Assembly (NCBI GenBank): GCA_964016885.1
Contig: OZ024764.1
Coordinates: forward strand, 3,534,001-3,598,000
DNA: 64,000 nt
From: Eledone cirrhosa
Lineage: Eukaryota
Reading direction: 5' to 3'
Under the pieces are notes generated by a model that saw only the letters and a program-made list of their open reading frames with translations, ran no database searches and was not told the DNA's origin. Positions within the stretch are counted from its first letter, which is position 1; every line of letters starts with the position of its first letter. This document shows positions 52,850 through 64,000 of the stretch, one piece after another. The translations under genes were made by a program, and so were the position numbers.

Positions 52850-54842
52850 CATCCACTGTAAAGTGGTCATGTAGGTGTCATTACAAAAAGTACCCAGTCC
52901 ACACTGTAAGGTGGTCATGTAGGAGACACAGTAAAAAGGCTCCCAGTCCACACTGTAAAGTGGTCATGTAGGAGACACAGTAAAAAGACTCCCAGTCCAC
53001 ACTGTAAAGTGGTCATGTAGGAGACACAGTAAAAAGGCTCCCAGTCCACACTGTAAAGTGGTCATGTAGGAGACACAGTAAAAAGACTCCCAGTCCACAC
53101 TGTAAAGTGGTCATGTAGGAGACACAGTAAAAAGACTCCCAGTCCACACTGTAAAGTGGTCATGTAGGAGACACAGTAAAAAGGCTCCCAGTCCACACTG
53201 TAAAGTGGTCATGTAGGAGACACAGTAAAAAGGCTCCCAGTCCACACTGTAAAGTGGTCATGTAGGAGACACAGTAAAAAGGCTCCCAGTCCACACTGTA
53301 AGGTGTTCATGTAGGAGACACAGTAAAAAACTCCCAGTCCACACTGTAAAGTGGTCATGTAGGACACACAGTAAAAAGGCTCCCAGTCCACACTGTAAGG
53401 TGGTCATGTAGGAGACACAGTAAAAAGACTCCCAGTCCACACTGTAAGGTGGTCATGTAGGAGACACAGTAAAAAGACTCCCAGTCCACACTGTAAGGTG
53501 GTCATGTAGGACACACAGTAAAAAGGCTCCCAGTCCACACTGTAAGGTGGTCATGTAGGAGACACAGTAAAAAGGCTCCCAGTCCACACTGTAAAGTGAT
53601 CATGTAGGAGACACAGTAAAAAGGCTCCCAGTCCACACTGTAAAGTGATCATGTAGGAGACACAGTAAAAAGGCTCCCAGTCCACACTGTAAAGTGGTCA
53701 TGTAGGAGACACAGTAAAAAGACTCCCAGTCCACACTGTAAGGTGGTTGTGTAGGAAACACAGTAAAAAGACTCCCAGTCCACACTGTAAAGTGGTCATG
53801 TAGGAGACACAGTAAAAAGGCTCCCAGTCCACACTGTAAATTTGTCATGTAGGAGACACAGTAAAAAGGCTCCCAGTCCACACTGTAAGGTGGTCATGTA
53901 GGAGACACGGTAAAAAGGCTCCCAGTCCACACTGTAAAGTGATCATGTAGGAGACACAGTAAAAAGGCTCCCAGTCCACACTGTAAAGTGGTCATGTAGG
54001 AGACACAGTAAAAAGACTCCCAGTCCACACTGTAAAGTGGTCGTGTAGGAGACACAGTAAAAAGGCTCCCAGTCTACACTGTAAAGTGGTCATGTAGGAG
54101 ACACAGTAAAAAGGCTCCCAGTCCACACTGTAAATTTGTCATGTAGGAGACACAGTAAAAAGGCTCCCAGTCCACACTGTAAATTTGTCATGTAGGAGAC
54201 ACAGTAAAAAGGCTCCCAGTCCACACTGTAAAGTGGTCATGTAGAAGATACAGTAAAAAGTCTCCCAGTCCACACTGTAAAGTGATCATGTAGGAGACAC
54301 AGTAAAAAGGCTCCCAGTCCACACTGTAAAGTGATCATGTAGGAGACACGGTAAAAAGGCTCTCAGTCCACACTGTAAAGTGGTCGTGTAGGAGACACAG
54401 TAAAAAGACTCCCAGTCCACACTGTAAAGTGGTCATGTAGGAGACACAGTAAAAAGGCTCCCAGTCCACACTGTAAAGTGGTCGTGTAGGAGACACGGTA
54501 AAAAGGCTCCCAGTGCACACTGTAAGGTGGTCATGTAGGAGACACGGTAAAAAGGCTACCAGTCCACACTGTAAAGTGGTCATGTAGGAGACACGGTAAA
54601 AAGGCTCCCAGTCCACACTGTAAAGTGGTCATGTAGGAGACACAGTAAAAAGGCTCCCAGTCCATACAGTAAACGCGGTTGGTATTAGGAGGGGCATCCA
54701 GCCATAGAAAACCTGCCAGATACAGTTGTGTATAAGCTAGACACGGTCTCCAAATCAATGTCACCTTAAGTGGGACAAAACCTTCCAGCCCATGCTAGCG
54801 CGGAAGATGGACGTTAAACGGTGATGAGGATGAAGATGATGT
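52850..54842 (+). mobile_element. RTE-tailed SINE with about 37 x 49-bp tandem
   Basis: Unit CCAGTCCACACTGTAAAGTGGTCATGTAGGAGACACAGTAAAAAGGCTC, then GGTTGGTATTAGGAGGGGCATCCAGCC and a GGACGTTAAACG(GAT)-like tail. Confidence 0.85.
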
Positions 54843-55019
54843 TGAATTTGCTTTTGCAAGATTTCTCATCTGAAAACGTGTGTTGAAACAGATATTGTTG
54901 TACTTTGGGAGGGTCATATTGACAGTAAAAACACATGCATCTGTTGGTTTCAACTTATAAGTTTCTGGTTGGTTCACATACATGCATAACAGCAGAGTAT
55001 CATTTAGAGGTGTCATTTG

Positions 55020-55495
55020 AAGCACACACACACATACACATTCTTACAAACACATACACATACATACACACATACACACCCGAACACACACACATACAGA
55101 CATACATATACAGACATACACATACAAACGTACACACACATACACGCACCCGTACGCACACACATACAGGCATACAAACACACACACACATACAGATTCG
55201 TACACACACATACACATACATACACACACCCGTACGCACACACATACAGACATACACATACAAACGTACACACACATACAGACATACATATACAGACATA
55301 CACATACAAACGTACACACACATACACATTCGTACATACACATACGAACACACATACACACACCCGTACACACACATACATATGTACACGCACATACATA
55401 CGTACGTACACACACATACATATGTACACACACACACACACATACACATACGTACGTACACATACATACATACACAGATATACACACACAAACAT
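55020..55495. repeat. (CA/CATA) low-complexity tract
   Basis: Visible directly in the sequence. Confidence 0.95.
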
Positions 55496-57456
55496 ATAAG
55501 GACAAACTAAACTCCTTAACCCTTTAACATTTACATTACTCTATATATACTATTGTATTGTCACAGTAAAGGCTTTACCTCACATAATACCTCACATAAC
55601 ATTTACATTACTCTATATATACTATTGTATTGTCACAGTAAAGGCTTTACCTCACATAATATCTCACATAACATTTACATTACTCTATATATACTATTGT
55701 ATTGTCACAGTAAAGGCTTTACCTCACATAATATCTCACATAACATTTACATTACTCTATATATACTATTGTATTGTCACAGTAAAGGCTTTACCTCACA
55801 TAATATCTCACATAACATTTACATTACTCTATATATACTATTGTATTGTCACAGTAAAGGCTTTACCTCACATAACATTTACATTACTCTATATATACTA
55901 TTGTATTGTCACAGTAAAGGCTTTACCTCACATAATATCTCACATAACATTTACATTACTCTATATATACTATTGTATTTTCACAGTAAAGGCTTTACCT
56001 CACATAATATCTCACATAACATTTACATTACTCTATATATACTATTGTATTGTCACAGTAAAGGCTTTACCTCACATAATATCTCACATAACATTTACAT
56101 TACTCTATATATACTATTGTATTTTCACAGTAAAGGCTTTACCTCACATAATATCTCACATAACATTTACATTACTCTATATATACTATTGTATTGTCAC
56201 AGTAAAGGCTTTACCTCACATAATATCTCACATAACATTTACATTACTCTATATATACTATTGTATTTTCACAGTAAAGGCTTTACCTCACATAATACCT
56301 CACATAACATTTACATTACTCTATATATACTATTGTATTTTCACAGTAAAGGCTTTACCTCACATAATATCTCACATAACATTTACATTACTCTATATAT
56401 ACTATTGTATTGTCACAGTAAAGGCTTTACCTCACATAATATCTCACATAACATTTACATTACTCTATATATACTATTGTATTTTCACAGTAAAGGCTTT
56501 ACCTCACATAATATCTCACATAACATTTACATTACTCTATATATACTATTGTATTTTCACAGTAAAGACTTTACCTCACATAATATCTCACATAACATTT
56601 ACATTACTCTATATATACTATTGTATTTTCACAGTAAAGGCTTTACCTCACATAATATCTCACATAACATTTACATTACTCTATATATACTATTGTATTT
56701 TCACAGTAAAGGCTTTACCTCACATAATATCTCACATAACATTTACATTACTCTATACATAATATTGTATTGTCACAGTAAAGGCTTTACCTCACATAAT
56801 ATCTCACATAACATTTACATTACTCTATATATACTATTGTATTTTCACAGTAAAGGCTTTACCTCACATAATATCTCACATAACATTTACATTACTCTAT
56901 ATATACTATTGTATTTTCACAGTAAAGGCTTTACCTCACATAATATCTCACATAACATTTACATTACTCTATATATACTATTGTATTTTCACAGTAAAGG
57001 CTTTACCTCACATAATATCTCACATAACATTTACATTACTCTATATATACTATTGTATTTTCACAGTAAAGGCTTTACCTCACATAATACATCACATAAC
57101 ATTTACATTACTCTATATATACTATTATATTTTCACAGTAAAGGTTTTACCTCACATAATACCTCACATACCATTTATATTACTCTATATATACTATTGT
57201 ATTTTCACAGTAAAGGCTTTACCTCACATAATATCTCACATAACATCTCGTATACGAGAGACGTGTGTTGACCTGTATGTACAAGCTCGGTTACCGAGTT
57301 GGATTTACTTACTCAAAAGTGAGTTTTGATTTATTGTTTTATACTGTAATATACGTTAACCCCTTGCCTGGGTCGTCAGACTTTGAGTTTATTTATTTTC
57401 GCCCCTTTTTGGGGCGAATTTTACATTTAAAAATTGATTACGGCAAACTGATAGAA

Positions 57457-59225
57457 ATGGACGGAATTTTCACATCTCATCCTAACGAGAAAGCCACGCC
57501 CCCTAAGAAAGGTGATACAGAGAAGCTAGAAGCACAAGGCTCTAAGTCTTCCCTCCTCACTTCTGCAAAAGAAACATGGGACACGGAATTAAAAGAAAAA
57601 TTTGTAAAAATGGGTGAAAACCCAGAAAGTCACATAAACGCAGACAAAAACAACAATGACAATAACAGCACGACCAACAACAGCAATAGTCACAACACCA
57701 ACCAAGAAAAAAAGGAAAAAAATAACGATAACACCAAACAAAGCGAACCCACTACTGGTGCCTCCTTTGCACAGGCGGTCCGAAAAACACAGACCTGCAA
57801 GCAACTGGACATTACAACTCTGAGAGAAAAGATGAAGGAAGCAAAACAGTATGTAACTTTCAAAGGAGGAGGAGACTTCACAATCACCTCCCCACAAGAA
57901 ATCAAAAGAGACACGACGCTAAGAACGATATCTTTCAGAACAATTTCCAACATAACAAGGAAACCAGCTCAATTATCCCAAAAAGAGATAGAGCTGGTCC
58001 TAAAAAATGTGTGGAGTGATATATCGTTCATACAATGGGAATATAACGTTCACTCTATGGGAATATAACGGTCCTAATGAAGGATCAATTGACGGCCAGG
58101 AAATACTCTGTGGTGCCAATTGTTTCCAAGCTACATACATTTTTCCCCACATATTTAGGGAAAAGAACGCAGAAAATAAGGGTCTCCGGAATCCGGCCAA
58201 ATGCATGCATTTCCTGGGTACTATCGGGATTTTTAGAAGACGAGGACGGAATCCTCTCAGTAGGAGAAGTCACCACAGACGTTTTCGGCGGTTTGAGCGT
58301 GGAGGTTCTGGTCCAAATGAGACCAGAACGAATAGCTAGAATACCACAGAGGGTGTCCCTCGATGGAGAAACATTTATATACATTTCAGCCGAGGGTAGG
58401 AGGCCCATATGTTACTACTGTTCAAGCAGGGGTCATCTAAGGGCTGCTTGTCCTTAATTGACAAAAAAAAAGGCTCTTTTGCCTACACCCCACACACCAC
58501 CACCGCCACCACCACCACCTCCACCACCACCACCACCACAACAACAACAAAAACAACACGGAAAAATAACACAAGACACGGCCCCACCCAAAACAACTCC
58601 AAAAACACACACAAACACAACAAAACCCCAAAATACACCACTACCCGACAGCACGGACGAAGATCCAGCTGAAACGGCACCTAGTGACGAAGAGGGGGGA
58701 CCCTTCCAACCTGTAAAAAGGAAAAAAAGAAAGCACCACTCGAACATAAACGAAACAAACACACAACCACCAACAAAAACAAAACAAACAGAACAAACAA
58801 AATCCGCCCCACCCCAAAACATAACACATACAACAAAACGTAAGCACACACAAGAACAACAAACAAACACAACACAAATAAAACAGTATACATACATTAA
58901 CACAAATAACAAAGAACTAGTAAAAACAATACACAAAGACCCTTCGGTGGAAACTGAAGGGCAATTCTTTGCAAGCGCGGCCAACAAACCGCATTTAAAA
59001 ATGATAAGACTCCCAATGGACACCTATGCAAAACTAAGAGAGAACTTTCCTGAGGACGTGGGGAAAACATGTACTCGACCCTATAACCGCGTCCTCTTGA
59101 AACGTTTCCCCACCCACACCTCACCAAACACCCCCACTCCACCACAGAACAACACCCCACCAAACAACCCCTCCAATACGCCCATGGATATTGTGCAACC
59201 TGCTCCTCAGGAGCCGAACAGGTAG
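57457..59225 (+). pseudogene. Tx1 ORF1 (gag-like, single CCHC knuckle, Pro/Thr/Gln-rich tail)
   Basis: MDGIFTS..SFAQAV..CYYCSSRGHLRAAC..PHLKMIRLP..EPNR*; frameshift near 58050, stop at 58457. Confidence 0.8.
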
Positions 59226-59246
59226 GTCCTTCCTCTTTTAACCAAC

Positions 59247-62200
59247 ATGGCTGATATAAGAGTTGGGTGTCTGAATGTACGCGGCCTGGGACTGTCTTGG
59301 AAACAAGGCAAACTTTTAAACGATCTCAGGTCGCATAGAATGGATGTAATGGCTATTTGCGAGTCCAGGATCAGCAGCGAGCACCAACTGGCGCCCCTCT
59401 TCGACGACTTTGAGATCTTCGCATCTCTCTGTCAACCGGGGGGTGGGGGTGGAGTTGTCGTTCTGCTGTGAAAACACCTGGGCCTCGCCATACAGAAGGT
59501 GCACCTGGACCCGGAGGGTCGACTGGTGGTTTTAGACGTCGGCAGTAGTGAAAGTGGAGCCCTTAGACTAATTTCTGTGTACGCCCCTTTTTGGGCAGCG
59601 CGGTCGGAATACTTCCAACGTCTGGAAACTTTTCTGGGAACGTCCCGCTCCTTGCTTTTAGTGGGGGACTGGAATGGTATCCTGGATGCACGTTGGGACT
59701 ATGTAGGGGCATGTGCCAATAGAGGGGGGTGTAAAAGCCTCAAAAGGTTAATCGGCCGATTTGACCTGGCCGATAGATATCGACTAGATTTTCCGACTGT
59801 ACCACTATGGACGTGGACCAATCGCAGTGGAACATCTAGGTCGTACCTAGATAGGGTCCTAGTTAGAGAGAAGGATAGGGACACATTTAGCTGTCCCAAA
59901 ATGTTCATGGTTGACTATTCAGATCACAAGTTAGTGACCTGCATAGCCAACCTTGATAGAACCCATAGACAGGGACCCGGTTACTGGAAGCTGAACTTGT
60001 CCTTACCGACAAGCAAAGCTTACAGTAAACGGATTAGCACGTTAGTTAAGCAGAGTTTGACAGGGGCAATTGTCAACAACAGGTGGTGGAGCTCTCTTAA
60101 GAGAGCAATTAGAATAGAATCGATAGGTTTTAGTCAGGAATTAGCAAGGGATAGGAACAAGACGGAAAGGGAATTAGTAGATAGAGTAGAAGAGGCGATT
60201 AGGAGTGGCAATGTAGCCGGCGTGCTAGCATCAAGAATGGCCTTAGACCAGTTCTTTGAGGTGAAGCATGAAGGCTGCGTTGTCAGGAGTAAAATACGTG
60301 CTCTGGGTAATGAGGGAGCCAAAGCTGTGAGCTGGGCCCGAGTGACAGAGGCAAAAAGTGGGAACAAGTCCACGATTCGGTCTTTGAAGGACCAGGATGG
60401 GCGTGTGATCCTTGAACCTGGGCAGATGTGTGCAGCCTTTCAGCGGCACTTTGCACGACTGTTCGAGAGGGGCGGCATGCCGGGTGAGACTATGGATTTC
60501 AATCCATACCTCGACGGTCTGCCGCGCCTCTCGGACGCGGAGGCGAAGTCCTGCGAAAGGACGATTTCAGCTGCTGAGATAGGGGCGGCGCTGAGCCAAT
60601 GCGGAAAACGCAAATCCTCGGGTCTCGATGGTCTACCATACGAACTATATGTAGCGATGCCGGACTTGTTCTCCGATATCCTCGAAGCGGTCTACTGCAA
60701 CTGGCAGCAGAACGGGAGAATTCCCAGTTCTGTGACCAAGGGCGTAGTTACGCTGGTGAGGAAGGATGAGAACAAGGGGGATGACATAAGTAACTTCAGG
60801 CCCATAACTCTGCTAAATACAGAGTTAAAGATTTTGGCCAAGGTGTTAGCGAAGAGGTTGGCGCTTGTCGTCGGAAACCTGGTGGGAGAAGCGCAGACAT
60901 GCGCAATCCCGTCCAGGTCCATTCACGACAATCTCCACCTTATGCGATACATCATAGAGAGGGTAGGGAATGAACCCGGCTTTGGTGGGGCCCTGATCAA
61001 CTTGGATCAATCTAAAGCTTTCGATAGGGTTGACCATCGTTACCTGGATGCGGTGCTCGCGGCGGCAGGCTTCGGACCCGTTTTCAGGGGTTGGATTGCT
61101 GCGATGCACAGCAGCAACGTCTGCTCAAGGGTCAAGGTGAACGGCCACCTCTCGGAGCCGTTCCAAATCATGCGATCCATCCGACAGGGATGCCCTCTCT
61201 CCTCCCTTCTGTATGTGCTGGCTCTTGAGCCACTACTGCGGAAGTTGGAGCGGTTGTAGGGCATCCCTCTGGAACCGGGATTGCAGAAAGCGGCGTCGGC
61301 CTACGCCGATGACGTGACAGTAATGGTGTCGAAAACCTCGCAAATCGGTGAGATCGGCACCTTACTGGAGGAATATGAAAGGTTTACAGGAGCCAAGCTG
61401 AACCGGGACAAGTCCGTCGGTTTGCAACTCGGAACATGGAGAGGCAAACCGATGCCCTCCAATGACGTCGTCGGACGCTGGACGGAGGGCCCGGTGAAGC
61501 TGCTTGGGGTCTGGTTCGGACCAGACCTCCAGGTGGAGAAAAACTGGAACGAGGTAACGGCCAGGGTGTTTGCACTCACCCAGAAGTGGGCCCAGTGCAA
61601 ACTATCCCTGAAAGGTCGAGCGGAGGTGGCGAACGCTTATATAGCATCCGTCATCTACTACCGCTTGACCGTCGTGCCTTGCCCAGTGAAAAGACTCGCC
61701 AAAATGGAGTGCGCGCTGTTCCAATTTCTTTGGAACAAGCGGACCCCTTTGGTGAGGAGATCCATCTGCTGTCAACACCCTTCGAAAGGAGGGCTGGGGA
61801 TGCCGTGGCTACAGATGCGTAAACACGCATTAAGGCTACGGCACCTCCAGGTATTCCTCACCGGTCAACCGGTGTGGGCCCCGTTTGTGAGGCGAGCCTT
61901 TCCCAGACTCGTCTCGCTCACCGAGCTGCAATCCTGGGTCAAGCAAAGACCGAGAAAAGTGGGCGACTGGCACATTGAATGCGCCCAGGCGCTCACGGCC
62001 CTCTGGAAAGCGGACCCGGCAATCAGTGGAGACTCCACCTCGACATTCTATAGAGGGTTGGTACGCAGCAGGTGCGACGATGCTCTCGGAGAAGCTCTAG
62101 GCATGGAGGAAGATGAACTGGCCAGTCTGTTCGGTAGGACGTTTGGCCCTGGACCGATGGACAACTTCCAAAAGTCCTTGGCTTGGCAGTGCTACCGAGG

Positions 62201-62684
62201 CGCTCTACCCGTTCGAGACTAGCTCCACAGGCATGGGAGCTTGGGTAGGGATCCTTTGAATAAGATCTGTCCGAGATGCGTGCATGACGACGAAACCGTT
62301 GCGCACGCATTCGTACACTGCCCAGGCATTGCTGACCTGTGGGGCTATGTGGAACGACTACTGTCGAGGGTGGCACCAATCCGGTTGACCACCGAGTCCA
62401 TTGTCACGATCAAACCGCCTCCCCCTTTCAAAAACGAAGGAGAGGCGGTTTTTCTCTGTGTGATAGCCATGGCTAAAGAAGTTGTATGGTGGACGAGGCT
62501 GAAAGGGCTGAGGTCAGACACCTTTCTCTCCGGCCAACAACTGGTCCCCCTTTTCAAATACCATTTTAAAAGAAGGATCAGAATGGAGAGAGAGGTGCTC
62601 TACCCCAGCAAGTTTTATGAAAGGTGGGTGAAAGTAGGGAGAATGGCCAGACTGAATGGGTCTTCTCTCTATATCAGCCTGTAG
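59247..62684 (+). pseudogene. Tx1 ORF2 (APE endonuclease, RT, zinc finger) with in-frame stops
   Basis: Single frame with stops at 59471, 61259 and 62222; motifs GCLNVRGL, GDWN, SDHK, SKAFDRV, RQGCPLS, YADD, CPRC..HAFVHC. Confidence 0.95.
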
Positions 62685-63710
62685 ATGAAAGAAGAGGAAA
62701 AAGAGGAGACGAGGGAAGCACCTACTCTTTGTGCTCCTGAGAAGGGTTGCACATTTTTTCCGGGGTGTGTGCGACCCATGTTAATGCCCCCTCCCTATTG
62801 AGGACTTCGTTTGTTGTTGTTATTTCATTGTTATATTTTTGTACTTGTTAATTATATGTAAACTTCCCCCCTTGTATCTGTCCCTACCTTTTGTGCCCTA
62901 GTGGCAAATAAAGAAATCACTCTATATATACTATTGTATTGTCACAGTAAAGGCTTTACCTCACATAATTTCTCACATAACATTTACATTACTCTATATA
63001 TACTATTGTATTTTCACAGTAAAGACTTTACCTCACATAATATCTCACATAACATTTACATTACTCTATATATACTATTGTATTTTCACAGTAAAGGCTT
63101 TACCTCACATAATATCTCACATAACATTTACATTACTCTATATATACTATTGTATTTTCACAATAAAGGCTTTACCTCACATAACATTTACATTACTCTA
63201 TATATACTATTGTATTTTCACAGTAAAGACTTTACCTCACATAATATCTCACATAACATTTACATTACTCTATATATACTATTGTATTTTCACAGTAAAG
63301 GCTTTACCTCACATAATATCTCACATAACATTTACATTACTCTATATATACTATTGTATTTTCACAATAAAGGCTTTACCTCACATAACATTTACATTAC
63401 TCTATATATACTATTGTATTTTCACAGTAAAGTCTTTACCTCACATAATATCTCACATAACATTTACATTACTCTATATATACTATTGTATTGTCACAGT
63501 AAAGGCTTTACCTCACATAATATCTCACATACTATCGAATCTATGAGATTTTGAAAGTATTTATTTCGAGAAACTTAACATCAGTTTGAGCGACCAGTTA
63601 CAGCCAGTTTGAACAGAAAGAGGTAGAGAATTCTGGTCGGTTTTGGCCGGTTTAAACATTAAAGGGTTAACAATGTTCCTATCAAAGAACCAGGATTTTA
63701 CTACACACAA

Positions 63711-64000
63711 CATCATCATCATCATCACCGTTTTATGTCCGTTCTTTCACGCTAACATGGGTTACACGAGTTGTCCTGTTGTGGGCAGTGTCCAGTCGGC
63801 TGACCTTGTCTTGCTCATACGGGAACTGATTCTGGCTTGATTTCTACAGCTGGATGCCCTTCCTAACACCAACCTCATTTTCAGTGAGTGCCGGGTGCTT
63901 TTTTACCGTGGCGTCTCTACGTCCACTTTACAGTCTGGGCTGGGTGCTTTTTTGCCGTGGCACCTCCGCGACCACTTTACAGTAAGTGCTGGGTGATTTT
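63711..64000 (-). mobile_element. RTE-tailed SINE (same subfamily as 49915), runs off the window
   Basis: (CAT)n tail, matching body and the first 49-bp units. Confidence 0.85.

Larger units (their letters stand above)
57247..62917 (+). mobile_element. Apparently full-length Tx1/L1-clade LINE (disrupted ORFs)
   Basis: 5'UTR with AGACGTG, ORF1, ORF2, 3'UTR ending GTGGCAAATAAAGAAAT; satellite on both sides; no TSD and about 7 bp of target lost. Confidence 0.93.
55516..63670. mobile_element. piggyBac-type MITE expanded by the 72-bp satellite and a nested Tx1 LINE
   Basis: TTAA|CCCTTTAACATTTA ... TAAACATTAAAGGG|TTAA; satellite 55527-57246 and 62918-63530; unique MITE remainder 63531-63666. Confidence 0.85.

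Noticed and set aside
59247-62684. Active autonomous LINE or programmed readthrough
   Set aside because: Three ORF2 stops at positions that are sense codons in the other copies, plus ORF1 lesions: ordinary decay.

Overview
Repeat-saturated animal genomic DNA. The repeat families and the (TA)n/(CA)n load suggest a cephalopod (octopus-like); that assignment is inference. The only host gene visible is one giant minus-strand exon (33868-38448) of a two-pore-domain (K2P/TWiK-type) potassium channel. It encodes about 1380 aa of low-complexity N-terminus, then M1 and pore loop 1, and is split at the TTIG/YG intron. The rest is intron or upstream DNA filled with mobile elements: (i) a head-to-tail array of eight 5'-truncated Tx1/L1-clade LINEs inserted into each other's (TATC)n tails; (ii) a full-length but disrupted Tx1 copy and two Gypsy-type non-autonomous LTR elements, all at the same ACTC position of a 72-bp satellite that grew inside a piggyBac-type (TTAA) MITE; (iii) RTE, CR1, SINE, hAT, mariner, maT and Helitron relics, many with one segment expanded into a tandem array (49, 61, 72, 77, 80, 112 bp units); (iv) minimal hammerhead-ribozyme motifs and fold-back hairpins typical of Penelope-like elements. 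Most notable: in this Tx1 family the ORF1 stop sits in a 5' splice-donor consensus and the ORF2 stop is a 3' splice-acceptor consensus, so ORF2 looks like one removable intron. Most long ORFs in the supplied track are repeat artefacts.
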